Assembly (NCBI GenBank): GCA_965224705.1 | Contig: OZ245056.1 | Location: forward strand, 2,304,001-2,368,000 | Length of the DNA: 64,000 nt | From: Spirochaetaceae bacterium | GTDB lineage: Bacteria > Spirochaetota > Spirochaetia > DSM-2461 | Reading direction: 5' to 3' | Shown: in pieces, positions 30,219 to 40,500 of the stretch | Layout: each line of letters starts with the position of its first letter | How positions within the stretch are numbered: the first letter of the stretch is position 1 | Position numbers and translations under genes: made by a program | Notes under the pieces: generated by a model | What the model was told of the DNA's origin: nothing | The model's input: only the letters and a program-made list of their open reading frames with translations | Database searches by the model: none

Positions 30219-31136
30219 ATGCCTATTAAAATACAGGACGGTTTGCCTGCGATCAAAGTACTCAGAGATGAGAATATTTTCGTCATATCTGAAAGCCGGG
30301 CTGTCCATCAGGATATCAGACCCCTGAAAATACTCATTTTGAATCTAATGCCCCTGAAAATCGTCACTGAAAATCAACTTCTTCGTATGCTTTCAAACAC
30401 TCCTCTTCAGTGTGAGGTGGAATTGATTCATCCGGTCTCACATGAGTCAAAGAATACACCTCGAGAACATCTTGAAGTGTTTTATAAAACATTCGACAGC
30501 ATCAGAGATAGTAAATATGATGGTTTCATCATCACCGGTGCTCCAGTGGAGACTCTGGAATTTGAAGATGTGAATTACTGGGCTGAAATGGTGAGGATCA
30601 TGGATTGGGCAAAAAAGCATGTGTATTCAACATTGTACATATGCTGGGCAGCACAGGCAGGACTCTACCACTATTATGGGGTTCCCAAGTTTCCTGTATC
30701 AAAAAAGATATCCGGTGTTTTTTCTCATTATGTCAGCAACAGACACCTGCCTCTGGTGCGGGGATTTGATGATTTGTTTCATGCTCCCCATTCCCGTCAT
30801 ACCGAGATCAGACGCAGGGATATTCAGGATAAGGATGATCTTCTAATTCTTGCAGAATCGGAGGAAGCCGGGATTTTCATGATCAGCAGCAAAGATGGCC
30901 GCCAGATATTCGTGACCGGTCATGCGGAGTATGATCCGCTGACTTTGAGGGATGAGTATCAGCGTGACCTCAAGAACGGAGATAATCCCCCCGTCCCCAG
31001 GAATTACTTCCCCGGAGACGACCCTTCCAGGCCGCCTGTAATAAGATGGAGAAGTCACGCACATTTGCTTTTTTCAAACTGGCTCAACTACTATGTCTAC
31101 CAGGCCACTCCCTACGATCTGGATGCTATTCATTAA
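30219..31136 (+). CDS. metA: Homoserine O-acyltransferase MetA, probably acetyl-specific
   Basis: QDIRPL, LNLMP, ICWAAQ, TGHAEY; GAPVE carries the Glu associated with acetyl-CoA use. Confidence 0.96.
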   Translation: MPIKIQDGLPAIKVLRDENIFVISESRAVHQDIRPLKILILNLMPLKIVTENQLLRMLSNTPLQCEVELIHPVSHESKNTPREHLEVFYKTFDSIRDSKYDGFIITGAPVETLEFEDVNYWAEMVRIMDWAKKHVYSTLYICWAAQAGLYHYYGVPKFPVSKKISGVFSHYVSNRHLPLVRGFDDLFHAPHSRHTEIRRRDIQDKDDLLILAESEEAGIFMISSKDGRQIFVTGHAEYDPLTLRDEYQRDLKNGDNPPVPRNYFPGDDPSRPPVIRWRSHAHLLFSNWLNYYVYQATPYDLDAIH

Positions 31137-31567
31137 TGGAGCCTGACCGTTCTTTTGGGGCTGTTGTGTTTCGTTCCCAGAATGATATGGAGGCCCACAA
31201 GCGGCTTTACCTGCTTGTTCATCAGGCAAGCGGAAACCACTGGGATCATCCAAAAGGTCATCCCGAACAGGATGAAACGCCTGTAGAAACAGCTGCAAGG
31301 GAGATCCTTGAGGAAACCGGGGTTTCAGTCCAATTCCTGGAAGGCTTTTTCGTTGAGGGAACCTGGGTGCTGCCTGATGGCCGTCCCAAGATTGCCGGGT
31401 ATTTCCTGGGTCAATCAATCGGTGAGAAATACTCTTTTCCCCAACTTGATGAAGAAATCATTGAGGTCAAATGGCTGCCATACAGGGATGCCCGGATGCT
31501 TATCACATATGATACCGGGAAAAAAATCCTTGATGATGCCGAGAAATTCATCTCCAGGGCATTTTAG
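31136..31567 (+). CDS. NUDIX hydrolase, Ap4A hydrolase-like
   Basis: WDHPKGHPEQDETPVETAAREILEETG Nudix box; ATG overlaps the metA stop. Confidence 0.9.
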   Translation: MEPDRSFGAVVFRSQNDMEAHKRLYLLVHQASGNHWDHPKGHPEQDETPVETAAREILEETGVSVQFLEGFFVEGTWVLPDGRPKIAGYFLGQSIGEKYSFPQLDEEIIEVKWLPYRDARMLITYDTGKKILDDAEKFISRAF

Positions 31568-33581
31568 CAAAGTACCTGGAAACATCTTCCCCTTCGATAA
31601 GTGTGTTATCCGTAACAGCGTTTTCAATAAGTTCCCGGGGAATTTCTTCAAGGAAAGGGGAAGGTTGACAGGGACTGCTTTCCTGTCTGATCTTTCTGGT
31701 TTGACACGATGACAGGTAGAGTTTGCTTCTTGCCCGGGTGATGGCAACATAGAACAAACGCCGTTCTTCCTCCAGCGCCCGGGCATCAACCTCCAGGCTC
31801 CTGGCATGGGGGAGAATTCCATTTTCCATCCCGGGGAGGAAGACCACATCGAATTCCAAGCCCTTGGAAGCATGGATGGTCATGAGATTGACTTTGCCAG
31901 CATCATCATTTTCAAATTGTTCCCTTGCGTTCAGAGTGATGAGATTCAACCACCGTGTCAGTGTTGGTTCAAGATTGTCGGGGTGGCTTTCCCACTGTTC
32001 CAGTTGGGAAATGAAGGATTGGATGTTCTCGTAACGCCATTTTGCTATTTGACTGTTATGCTGAAACTCCTGAGACAGATGACTCCAGTACTCGATTTCT
32101 TCCACAATTTCCTTGAGAAGACTGGCAAGTGTGGTTTTCTTCTCCTGACTACGGCTGAATAGGCTCCTGTATTGCTCGATAAAATCGACAAATTCGGCCA
32201 ATCCTGCACGTGTCTTCTCATTGATCATGTTTTCGTTGCTGAAGACTATACTGGAGGCGGTAGAGTAGAGAGTATGACCGTTTCTCCCTGCCATCTTCAC
32301 AATTATTTCCAGAGTGGATTTTCCTATTCCACGGCGGGGTGTATTGATGATTCGAAGGAAGTTCACATCATCATCAGGATTATCGATCACTCTGAGATAA
32401 GCTATGATGTCCTTGATTTCCTGCCGACTGTAGAAACTGGTTCCTCCACTGACAGAATAGGGGATGTCGCTGGAGAGAAGGGCTGTTTCAATGCTCCTCA
32501 TGAGGGTATTTGTTCTTACAAGTATTCCTATTCTGCCGTAGGAAATGTTGTGTTCAATCCGGGAGGAAATAATTGTCTCGGCTATTGATTCCGCTTCTTC
32601 AATTTCATTTTCCGGGGTCATGAACTGTATCGTCATCTCTTCATGCTGATTATGAGTCCATAGATTCTTATTCTTTCTATCACTGTTGTTGGCTATAACG
32701 GCGTTCGCTGCTTTGAGAATGGTTCCGGTTGAGCGGTAGTTTCTTTCCATCTTGATTTCCTGCAGATCCGGAAAATCCTTTTCAAAACTGAGAATATTGG
32801 TGAAATCAGCGCCTCTCCAGGAGTATATGGATTGATCATCATCGCCAACACAGCATAGATTCCTGTGCTTCTCACCAAGAAGCTTCACCAATTGGTACTG
32901 GATGGCCGATGTGTCCTGGAATTCATCGACCATTATGTATCTATAGCGTTGACTGTATTCATTCAGTATTGCTTCATCGTTTTCAAAAAGTTTGAGAGGT
33001 TCCACTATGAGGTCGTCGAAATCCACAGCATTATGGATTCGCATCAAGGATGTATACTCATCATACATTGGTTTGTGGATGCTGTTGATTTCATCCCAAT
33101 GCATTCGACGGGTTTTTATACCGGAAAATAGATTGGCCAGGGCATTTATTTCCGAGAGTTCATAGTTGATTTTGAGTTCCCTGGCTGCTTTCTTGAGAGT
33201 ACTGATTTTTTCGGACAGGTCATAGATGGTGAATTTCGGCCGGAGTCCAGTTACTTTTCCCTGTTCGTTAAGTATACGGACACCGAAGGCGTGAAAGGTG
33301 GATACTGTGAGATTGGAGAGCTTTTGCCTGAGAAGATCTTTCACTCTCTCCTGCATTTCTCCAGCGGCTTTGTTGGTGAAGGTAAGAGCCAGTATGTTTG
33401 ACTGTGGTATCCCCTGATTCAGCATCCAGGCTATCCGTGCCGTAATGACACCAGTTTTTCCACTGCCGGCACCGGCGACAATAAGCAGGGGACCCTCTAT
33501 CGTGTTGACCGCCAGTTTCTGCTCAGGATTGAGCTGTTTTAATACTTTTTCAAGAGATTTCCCGGAGTTTGATTCAGACAT
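31548..33581 (-). CDS. UvrD/Rep/PcrA-family DNA helicase
   Basis: AGAGSGKT, VDEFQDT, GDDDQSIY, TIHASKGLEF, EERRLFYVAITRA; start set at MSESNS. Confidence 0.96.
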   Translation of the reverse strand: MSESNSGKSLEKVLKQLNPEQKLAVNTIEGPLLIVAGAGSGKTGVITARIAWMLNQGIPQSNILALTFTNKAAGEMQERVKDLLRQKLSNLTVSTFHAFGVRILNEQGKVTGLRPKFTIYDLSEKISTLKKAARELKINYELSEINALANLFSGIKTRRMHWDEINSIHKPMYDEYTSLMRIHNAVDFDDLIVEPLKLFENDEAILNEYSQRYRYIMVDEFQDTSAIQYQLVKLLGEKHRNLCCVGDDDQSIYSWRGADFTNILSFEKDFPDLQEIKMERNYRSTGTILKAANAVIANNSDRKNKNLWTHNQHEEMTIQFMTPENEIEEAESIAETIISSRIEHNISYGRIGILVRTNTLMRSIETALLSSDIPYSVSGGTSFYSRQEIKDIIAYLRVIDNPDDDVNFLRIINTPRRGIGKSTLEIIVKMAGRNGHTLYSTASSIVFSNENMINEKTRAGLAEFVDFIEQYRSLFSRSQEKKTTLASLLKEIVEEIEYWSHLSQEFQHNSQIAKWRYENIQSFISQLEQWESHPDNLEPTLTRWLNLITLNAREQFENDDAGKVNLMTIHASKGLEFDVVFLPGMENGILPHARSLEVDARALEEERRLFYVAITRARSKLYLSSCQTRKIRQESSPCQPSPFLEEIPRELIENAVTDNTLIEGEDVSRYFAKMPWR

Positions 33582-34050
33582 GTTTGATAAGAAGATCCAG
33601 TGCTTCGACACCAAGAAGAGTAATGGTGGAAACGATGAGACCGGATATGGCAACACCGGCCAGTACGGCCAGCATTGTTCGCCGTCGGCTCAATCCCAGA
33701 AACCAGGCCGCAAAGGTTCCAGTCCAGACTCCAGTCACAGGCAGTGGTATGCCGACAAAAACTGTTATTCCCCAGAATCCCCACCGATCAATTTTGTTGA
33801 TGAGCTTCCGCCTGGCTCTCTCAACAAATCTGTCAAAAAGCCGACGATAGAAACCCACTTTGTAGAATAGTCTGTGGGCGGTATCCAGGAAGACGTATGC
33901 AACAGGTGCGACCATGGCATTGACAATGACACAGTATGGGTAGGCTATATACAGCGGATAATTACCTTCAAGAAGAGCGTAGGGCAAACCTCCACGAAGT
34001 TCAGCTATTGGTAGAAGTGTGAGCAAAGTTGTCCAGATCCAATGTCTCAT
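33574..34050 (-). CDS. COG2426-type small multidrug export membrane protein
   Basis: LPIAELRGGLP, FVGIPLPVTGVWTG. Confidence 0.88.
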   Translation of the reverse strand: MRHWIWTTLLTLLPIAELRGGLPYALLEGNYPLYIAYPYCVIVNAMVAPVAYVFLDTAHRLFYKVGFYRRLFDRFVERARRKLINKIDRWGFWGITVFVGIPLPVTGVWTGTFAAWFLGLSRRRTMLAVLAGVAISGLIVSTITLLGVEALDLLIKHV

Positions 34051-34084
34051 AATGCTGTCAGCATGGCTGGAAGAATGAAAGGAG

Positions 34085-34990
34085 TCAAGTGAGAGGAATG
34101 CGGTAATGGGCTATTGCTCTTAAAAGCCTTCTCATCAAAAAAAAGGCACGCGGCTCCAGGGATTCAGGAGTATCGAAAGGTGTGTGTTTCTTCTGCCAGG
34201 TTTCAGGTGTAGTTTTACTCATTCTCTCCCTGTGCTTTGCAGGTTCATCTCTCCTGGTTTCTCCTGTTTCCCTGGATGCCGATTTCAGTAACTCCCTGGC
34301 TTCCAGCCTTGGCAGCAGTGAAATCTGGATTGCTGGATAACCACCAAGAAGTAAACCCAGGTCGTCAGAGAATTCGGGGTTTATACCATAGTCAACATCC
34401 CGGGAGAATTTTTTGAGTAATTTCTCCAGAGTATTGTGAGCTTTCGATATGGAGTTGTTTCCTATCTGCAACCCTGCCTTGTGTAAACTGTGTCCCCAGA
34501 CAAGAGTATCACCAATTCCGCACATGTCGAGTACAAGAAAAAGTATGTTGTTGATTCCCAACCGATTCAAATGTCTGGCAAGCATCCAGCTTCCCTGATC
34601 GGTGGCTTTCATGTCCCCTGTGAGTTCTTCCTTATCTGTAAAAAGAATCTGTGTATGATGCAGCAGTTTTTCCTGCTTCATTTCTTCCCAGAAGGAGAGG
34701 AGTTGAAAGACGGCTGCAGAATTGTCGTTTGCTCCCGGGGAGTTTTCCACACGATCATAATGAGCTGTTAAGGTTATCCGATAGTATTTCTGCTCCTGCA
34801 TTTTCGGAGTTGGCAGCAGGATGTGCTTTGATTGGCCCAGGGGGATGACTTTGTAAAGGATCTCCCGGCGGTTAATTGATCGTGTAAGAACTTCAAACCT
34901 GTCAGCATCATGCCTGCAGAATGCGTCAAGTTCCTTTTTATCCATCTCAGGAAGAGGTAGATAACTAAGGCGATCAATTTCTTTTCCCAT
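34085..34990 (-). CDS. M28-family metallopeptidase-like protein
   Basis: AHYD, PGANDNSAA, DKEE, LDMCG. Confidence 0.85.
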   Translation of the reverse strand: MGKEIDRLSYLPLPEMDKKELDAFCRHDADRFEVLTRSINRREILYKVIPLGQSKHILLPTPKMQEQKYYRITLTAHYDRVENSPGANDNSAAVFQLLSFWEEMKQEKLLHHTQILFTDKEELTGDMKATDQGSWMLARHLNRLGINNILFLVLDMCGIGDTLVWGHSLHKAGLQIGNNSISKAHNTLEKLLKKFSRDVDYGINPEFSDDLGLLLGGYPAIQISLLPRLEARELLKSASRETGETRRDEPAKHRERMSKTTPETWQKKHTPFDTPESLEPRAFFLMRRLLRAIAHYRIPLT

Positions 34991-35107
34991 TTTGAACTTG
35001 TATACAATTTCAGAAGTATTGTATATCCTTGAGCGAATAAGGGCATCTGCATAAACAACAATTGAGTTTGCGGCTGCTCAGAAGAACTAGACTCGAGGGA
35101 TATTGTT

Positions 35108-36757
35108 GTGATTAATGCACTTGCCAGAAATTCTTTCTATAAGAAGAGAAAAGGACCGGTTGTTCTATGCATCATGGATGGTGTGGGGATTGGGAAATAC
35201 GACGAGGGGAATGCGGTCAAAGCTGCCCGAATGGAATACTTCAATGAGGCCTGGAACAATTGGCCATCAACTCTGTTGAAGGCCCACGGCAGGATGGTTG
35301 GATTGCCTTCTGATGGAGATATGGGCAATTCTGAGGTAGGACACAATGCCATGGGATGTGGACGGGTTTTTGCCCAGGGTGCAAAACTGGTCAATGAGGC
35401 CATAGATACAGGTAGACTCTTCCAGGGGAAAACCTGGGTAAAACTCATAGACAACGTGAAGAAGACAGGGGGAACTCTTCATTTCGTCGGTTTGATCTCT
35501 GATGGAAATGTCCACTCTCACCTGGATCACCTGAAAGCCTTGATTAATGGAGCAAAGTCTTCCGGAGTCAGCACGGTTCGTATTCATGGTCTGCTGGATG
35601 GAAGGGATGTCGGGGAAACCAGTGCCCTTGATTTCTTCACACCCTTTGAAAAGTTTCTGGAAGATGTTTCAGATGACGCTTTTGACGCAGGATTGGCCTC
35701 CGGCGGGGGGCGTATGAACATAACAATGGATCGATATGATGCTGACTGGAGTATGGTTGAACGTGGTTGGAAAACCCATGTTCTTGCCGAAGGAGAGGTT
35801 TTTGAGAGTGCGACCCAGGCCATTAAAACTCTCAGGGAGAGAACAGGGGCTATAGACCAGGATTTGCCTGCTTTCGTTGTTGCAGGAAGGGATGGAAAAC
35901 CTGCCGGACCCATTATTGATGGTGACAGTGTGATCTTATTCAACTTTCGGGGTGACAGGGCTATAGAATTATCAAAGGCTTTTGAGAGTGGACCGGAATT
36001 CGACAGATTTAATCGGGTGCGAGTTCCCGATGTGGAGTTTGCGGGTATGATGGAGTACGATGGGGATGCCCACATCCCTGGTCAGTATTTAGTGACACCT
36101 CCGGCCATTGATAGAACTATGGCCGAATACCTGGTTAAATCAGGGGTACGGCAATTCTCAATCAGTGAAACTCAGAAATTCGGGCATGTTACATATTTCT
36201 GGAATGGAAATCGGACTGGATACTTTAATGAGTCCCTGGAAACCTATGTGGAGATCCCCTCAGATATTGTTCCATTTGAGCAAAGACCGGCTATGAAGTG
36301 TGCGGAAATTGCTGACAGAGTGATTGATGTTGTCAGGAACGGTGAGTATGAATTCATCAAAATCAATTTCCCCAATGGAGACATGGTGGGACATACAGGT
36401 GTGTTTCAAGCGGCACAGGCTTCCCTGGAATGCATGGATCTTCAAATCGGACGCTTGATCAAAGCGGTAGAATCTGTGGGAGGAGTACTTATTCTTACCG
36501 CTGATCATGGGAATTCAGATGACATGTACGAACGAAAGAAGGGGGAAGTTGTGTATAAGGAAAATGGTAAACCCAAAGCTAAAACATCGCACACCCTGAA
36601 TCCGGTTCCTTTCCTGCTGTTCGACCCCAACTACAATGGGGAGTATTCACAGAAATTCAATGAGGAACTGGGTATAAGTTCAGTAGCGGCTACCTGCATA
36701 AACCTCCTTGGCTTTGAGGCCCCGGAGGACTATGATCCTTCCATCATTAATTTCTAA
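35108..36757 (+). CDS. gpmI: 2,3-BPG-independent phosphoglycerate mutase
   Basis: MGNSEVGH, DGRD, NFRGDRA, DMVGHTG, ADHGN. Confidence 0.98.
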   Translation: MINALARNSFYKKRKGPVVLCIMDGVGIGKYDEGNAVKAARMEYFNEAWNNWPSTLLKAHGRMVGLPSDGDMGNSEVGHNAMGCGRVFAQGAKLVNEAIDTGRLFQGKTWVKLIDNVKKTGGTLHFVGLISDGNVHSHLDHLKALINGAKSSGVSTVRIHGLLDGRDVGETSALDFFTPFEKFLEDVSDDAFDAGLASGGGRMNITMDRYDADWSMVERGWKTHVLAEGEVFESATQAIKTLRERTGAIDQDLPAFVVAGRDGKPAGPIIDGDSVILFNFRGDRAIELSKAFESGPEFDRFNRVRVPDVEFAGMMEYDGDAHIPGQYLVTPPAIDRTMAEYLVKSGVRQFSISETQKFGHVTYFWNGNRTGYFNESLETYVEIPSDIVPFEQRPAMKCAEIADRVIDVVRNGEYEFIKINFPNGDMVGHTGVFQAAQASLECMDLQIGRLIKAVESVGGVLILTADHGNSDDMYERKKGEVVYKENGKPKAKTSHTLNPVPFLLFDPNYNGEYSQKFNEELGISSVAATCINLLGFEAPEDYDPSIINF

Positions 36758-36843
36758 CGGCAGCCAGAGAGGTTTTGCTGCAGTCATTTTGTATTGTTAT
36801 GGCAGTGATTCGACGAAAGAAGATCCGCATTGTATCTTTTTCG

Positions 36844-36958
36844 GAGTATCAGAAAGCTTGTTAAACTCTCTCTGTTTCTAGCAGTTGCAGGGTTCTAAGC
36901 CGTCAAAACAGCCGTGCTAAAGAAATATTTTTCTGATTTAACAAGCTTGCTGACACTC
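36844..36958. mobile_element. MITE/REP-doublet-like element, copy 1
   Basis: Inverted arms GAGTATCAGAAAGCTTGTTAAA / TTTAACAAGCTTGCTGACACTC (20 of 22 complementary). Confidence 0.75.
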
Positions 36959-37003
36959 GTGTTTTTTTTAACTCACAGTTTCAGCCATATGACGATTAAC
37001 TTG

Positions 37004-37054
37004 TTAAGAAGCGTAAATTATTGAGTTGGAAAGGGCGGTGAAGATTTCAAGCAT
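37004..37054 (-). pseudogene. Possible 5' remnant of an ArsP (DUF318)-type permease
   Basis: MLEIFTALSNSIIYAS* overlaps the arsC stop (ATGCTTGA); resembles recalled ArsP N-termini but is very short. Confidence 0.35.
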
Positions 37055-37466
37055 GGTTCAGCAGTTCTTTTTCTATTCGTGTTTTAAGCATTGTAAATAC
37101 CCTGTCAAATGAGGCGTTAATTTCTTCTTCACTGCCTGTTGCGGCGGCAGGGTCAGGGGTGCTCCAGTGGAGTCTCTCATATTTGCCAGGGAAGACGGGG
37201 CAAACTTCGCTTGCGGCGGCATCACAGACTGTTATGACCAGATCAAAACTTGTTTCCACAAACTCATTCCATGACTTACTGTACAGTTTGCCTATCTCAA
37301 TTCCATGGCGTTTAAGCGTTTCAAGGGATTTAGGATGTACAAATCCGGCTGGCTTGCTGCCCGCACTCATGGCTTTGCAGCGTCCAGTTCCCAGATGATT
37401 GATGAGAGCCTCGGCCATCACCGAGCGGCAGGAATTACCGGTGCAGAGAACAAGGATGTTTTTCAT
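37047..37466 (-). CDS. arsC: Arsenate reductase, LMW-PTP (thioredoxin-type) family
   Basis: CTGNSCRS, ITVCD, CPVFPG, HW..PDPA. Confidence 0.93.
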   Translation of the reverse strand: MKNILVLCTGNSCRSVMAEALINHLGTGRCKAMSAGSKPAGFVHPKSLETLKRHGIEIGKLYSKSWNEFVETSFDLVITVCDAAASEVCPVFPGKYERLHWSTPDPAAATGSEEEINASFDRVFTMLKTRIEKELLNHA

Positions 37467-37558
37467 CTCACAGTATCCATTTTTTAGACTTCGCCGTGCA
37501 GTGGGCTATGCCGCTGATACTCGTCGAAACGGAGCCGCCGCAGGGATCATGATGCTCA

Positions 37559-40500
37559 CTACTTATTCTCGTTAACACGTATAATGATGCTCGCCTTTTT
37601 CAAGCCGGTCCAGTTTCCGGTACCGGCGGCAGTAATCTGGTAGGCAGTATAGGCCTGTACCGCTGCGGATGGACCAACCGTAATCGTGCCCGTCTCAGGA
37701 TTGATGCTTATACCATCAGGCAAAGTTCCGCCGTTCAGGGGAGTCATGCTGTATGTCACTGTAAATCCGGAACTGCTCCATTGAGGAGTGCGTGACTTGC
37801 TTCTACCCTCACGAACACTGATATTATCATACGAGAGTATGGCGTCAGTGGGCAGCTCTTTCTGCTTCTGCTCGTTAACACGTATAATGATGCTCGCCTT
37901 TTTCAAGCCGGTCCAGTTTCCGGTACCGGCGGCAGTAATCTGGTAGGCAGTATAGGCCTGTACCGCTGCGGATGGACCAACCGTAATCGTGCCCGTCTCA
38001 GGATTGATGCTTATACCATCAGGCAAAGTTCCGCCGTTCAGGGGAGTCATGCTGTATGTCACTGTAAATCCGGAACTGCTCCATTGAGGAGTGCGTGACT
38101 TGCTTCCACCCTCACGAACACTGATATTATCATACGAGAGTATGGCGTCAGTGGGCAGCTCTTTCTGCTTCTGCTCGTTAACACGTATAATGATGCTCGC
38201 CTTTTTCAAACCGGTCCAGTTTCCGGTACCGGCGGCAGTAATCTGGTAGGCAGTATAGGCCTGTACCGCTGCGGATGGACCAACCGTAATCGTGCCCGTC
38301 TCAGGATTGATGCTTATATCATCAGGCAAAGTTCCGCCGTTCAGGGGAGTCATGCTGTATGTCACTATAAATCCGGAACTGCTCCATTGAGGAGTGCGTG
38401 ACTTGCTTTTACCCTCACGAACACTGATATTATCATACGAGAGTATGGCGTCAGTGGGCAGTGTATACTGTATCTGTAAGGAATGTATCGCACTCCAGGC
38501 TCCTGCTTGCCCATCGCTGTTCAAAGCACGCACTCGCCAGTAATGCGTGTAAAGATTTGTCAGTACCAATCCATGTGTGTAGTTCGCAGCAGTCACTTCA
38601 ACGTTAACAGCAGAACTGCTACTCAGATCTGCTTCGCTGTTCGCTATCTGTAACTGATATTTGTCTGCACCTTTCACTGTATTCCAGCTGAAGGTGGGGG
38701 TGGTGTCCGCAGTGGTGCTGTTATCAGCAGGACTCAGACCGTTCATCGCCGCACCGAATTCTGTCCGCAGGGAATAGGCCTCACTCCAGGCCCCTGTCTG
38801 TCCTTTAGCGTTTAAAGCACGCACTCGCCAGTAATGCGTGTGAAGATTCGCCAGTGCCGTTACAGGTGTGTAGTTCGTACCGGTCACATCAACAGCAGGA
38901 CTGCCATCCAGTTCCGATTCACTGTCGGCTATCTGTATCTGATATCTGTCCGCTCCGCTCACGGTAGTCCAGCCGAATGCAGGGGTGGTATCCGTAGTGG
39001 TGCTTCCGTCGGCGGGATTCAGGCCGCTCATCGCCGCACCGAATTCTATCCGCAGGGAATGTGCCGTACTCCAGGCCCCTGCCTGCCCATCGCTATTCAA
39101 AGCACGTACTCGCCAGTAATGTGTCTGAAGATTTGTCAGGGCTGATCCAGGTGTATAGTTCGTACCGGTCACATCAACAGCAGGACTGCTATCCAGTTCC
39201 GCTTCGCTGTCTGCTATTTGTATCTGGTATTTGTCCGCTCCGCTCACGGTAGTCCAGCCGAAAGCAGGCGTGGTGTCCGTGGTGCTGAATCCGTCAGCGG
39301 GACTCAGGCCGTTAATCGCCGCACCAAATTCTATTCCTAAGGAATATGTCTCACTCCAGACTCCTGCCTGCCCATCACCGTTTAAAGCACGCACTCGCCA
39401 GTAATGCGTCTGAAGATTCTTCAGGGACGATCCAGGTGTGTAGTTCGTACCGGTCACATCAACAGCAGGACTGCCATCCAGTTCCGATTCACTGTCTGCT
39501 ATCTGTATCTGATATCTGTCCGCTTCGTTTACGGTAGTCCATCCAAACGCAGGCGTGGTGTCCGTGGTGTTGAATCCGTCAGCGGGACTCAGACCGTTAA
39601 TTGTCACACCAAATGTTGTCCGCAGGGAATGTGCCGTACTCCAGGCTCCTGCCTGCCCATCGCTATTCAAAGCACGCACTCGCCAGTAATGCATCTGAAG
39701 ATTCGTCAGTGCCGTTACAGGTGTGTAGTCCGTACCGGTCACTTCAGCGTAAATATCAGAACTGTTACTCAGTTCTATTTCGCTGTCCTCTATCTGTATC
39801 TGATATTTATTCGCTCCGCTCACAGCATTCCAGCCGAAAGCAGGCGTGGTGTCCGTGGTGCTGAATCCGTCAGCGGGACTCAGGCCGTTAATCGCCGCAC
39901 CAAATTCTATTCCTAAGGAATATGTCTCACTCCAGACTCCTGCCTGCCCATCACCGTTTAAAGCACGCACTCGCCAGTAATGCGTCTGAAGATTCTTCAG
40001 GGACGATCCAGGTGTGTAGTTCGTACCGGTCACATCAACAGCAGGACTGCCATCCAGTTCCGATTCACTGTCTGCTATCTGTATCTGATATCTGTCCGCT
40101 TCGTTTACGGTAGTCCATCCAAACGCAGGCGTGGTGTCCGTGGTGTTGAATCCGTCAGCGGGACTCAGACCGTTAATTGTCACACCAAATGTTGTCCGCA
40201 GGGAATGTGCCTCACTCCAGGCTCCTGCCTGCCCATCGCTATTCAAAGCACGCACTCGCCAGTAATGCATCTGAAGATTCGTCAGTGCCGTTACAGGTGT
40301 GTAGTCCGTACCGGTCACTTCAGCGTAAATATCAGAACTGTTACTCAGTTCTATTTCGCTGTCCTCTATCTGTATCTGATATTTATTCGCTCCGCTCACA
40401 GCATTCCAGCCGAAAGCAGGCGTGGTGTCCGTGGTGCTGAATCCGTCAGCGGGACTCAGGCCGTTAATCGCCGCACCAAATTCTATCCGCAAGGAATAGG

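Noticed and set aside
36757..36860. att-like duplicate of the tRNA-Ser 3' end at the island's far boundary
   Set aside because: Only a short TCGGAG match, which is not significant.
36844..36958. Integron attC site
   Set aside because: The order is GTTAA...TTAAC, the reverse of RYYYAAC...GTTRRRY, and there is no intI or cassette array.
37568..38460. Possible DGR template/variable repeats (one codon varies AAA/GGA/AGA)
   Set aside because: All copies are in-frame tandem domains, the differences include T/C changes, and there is no reverse transcriptase in the window.
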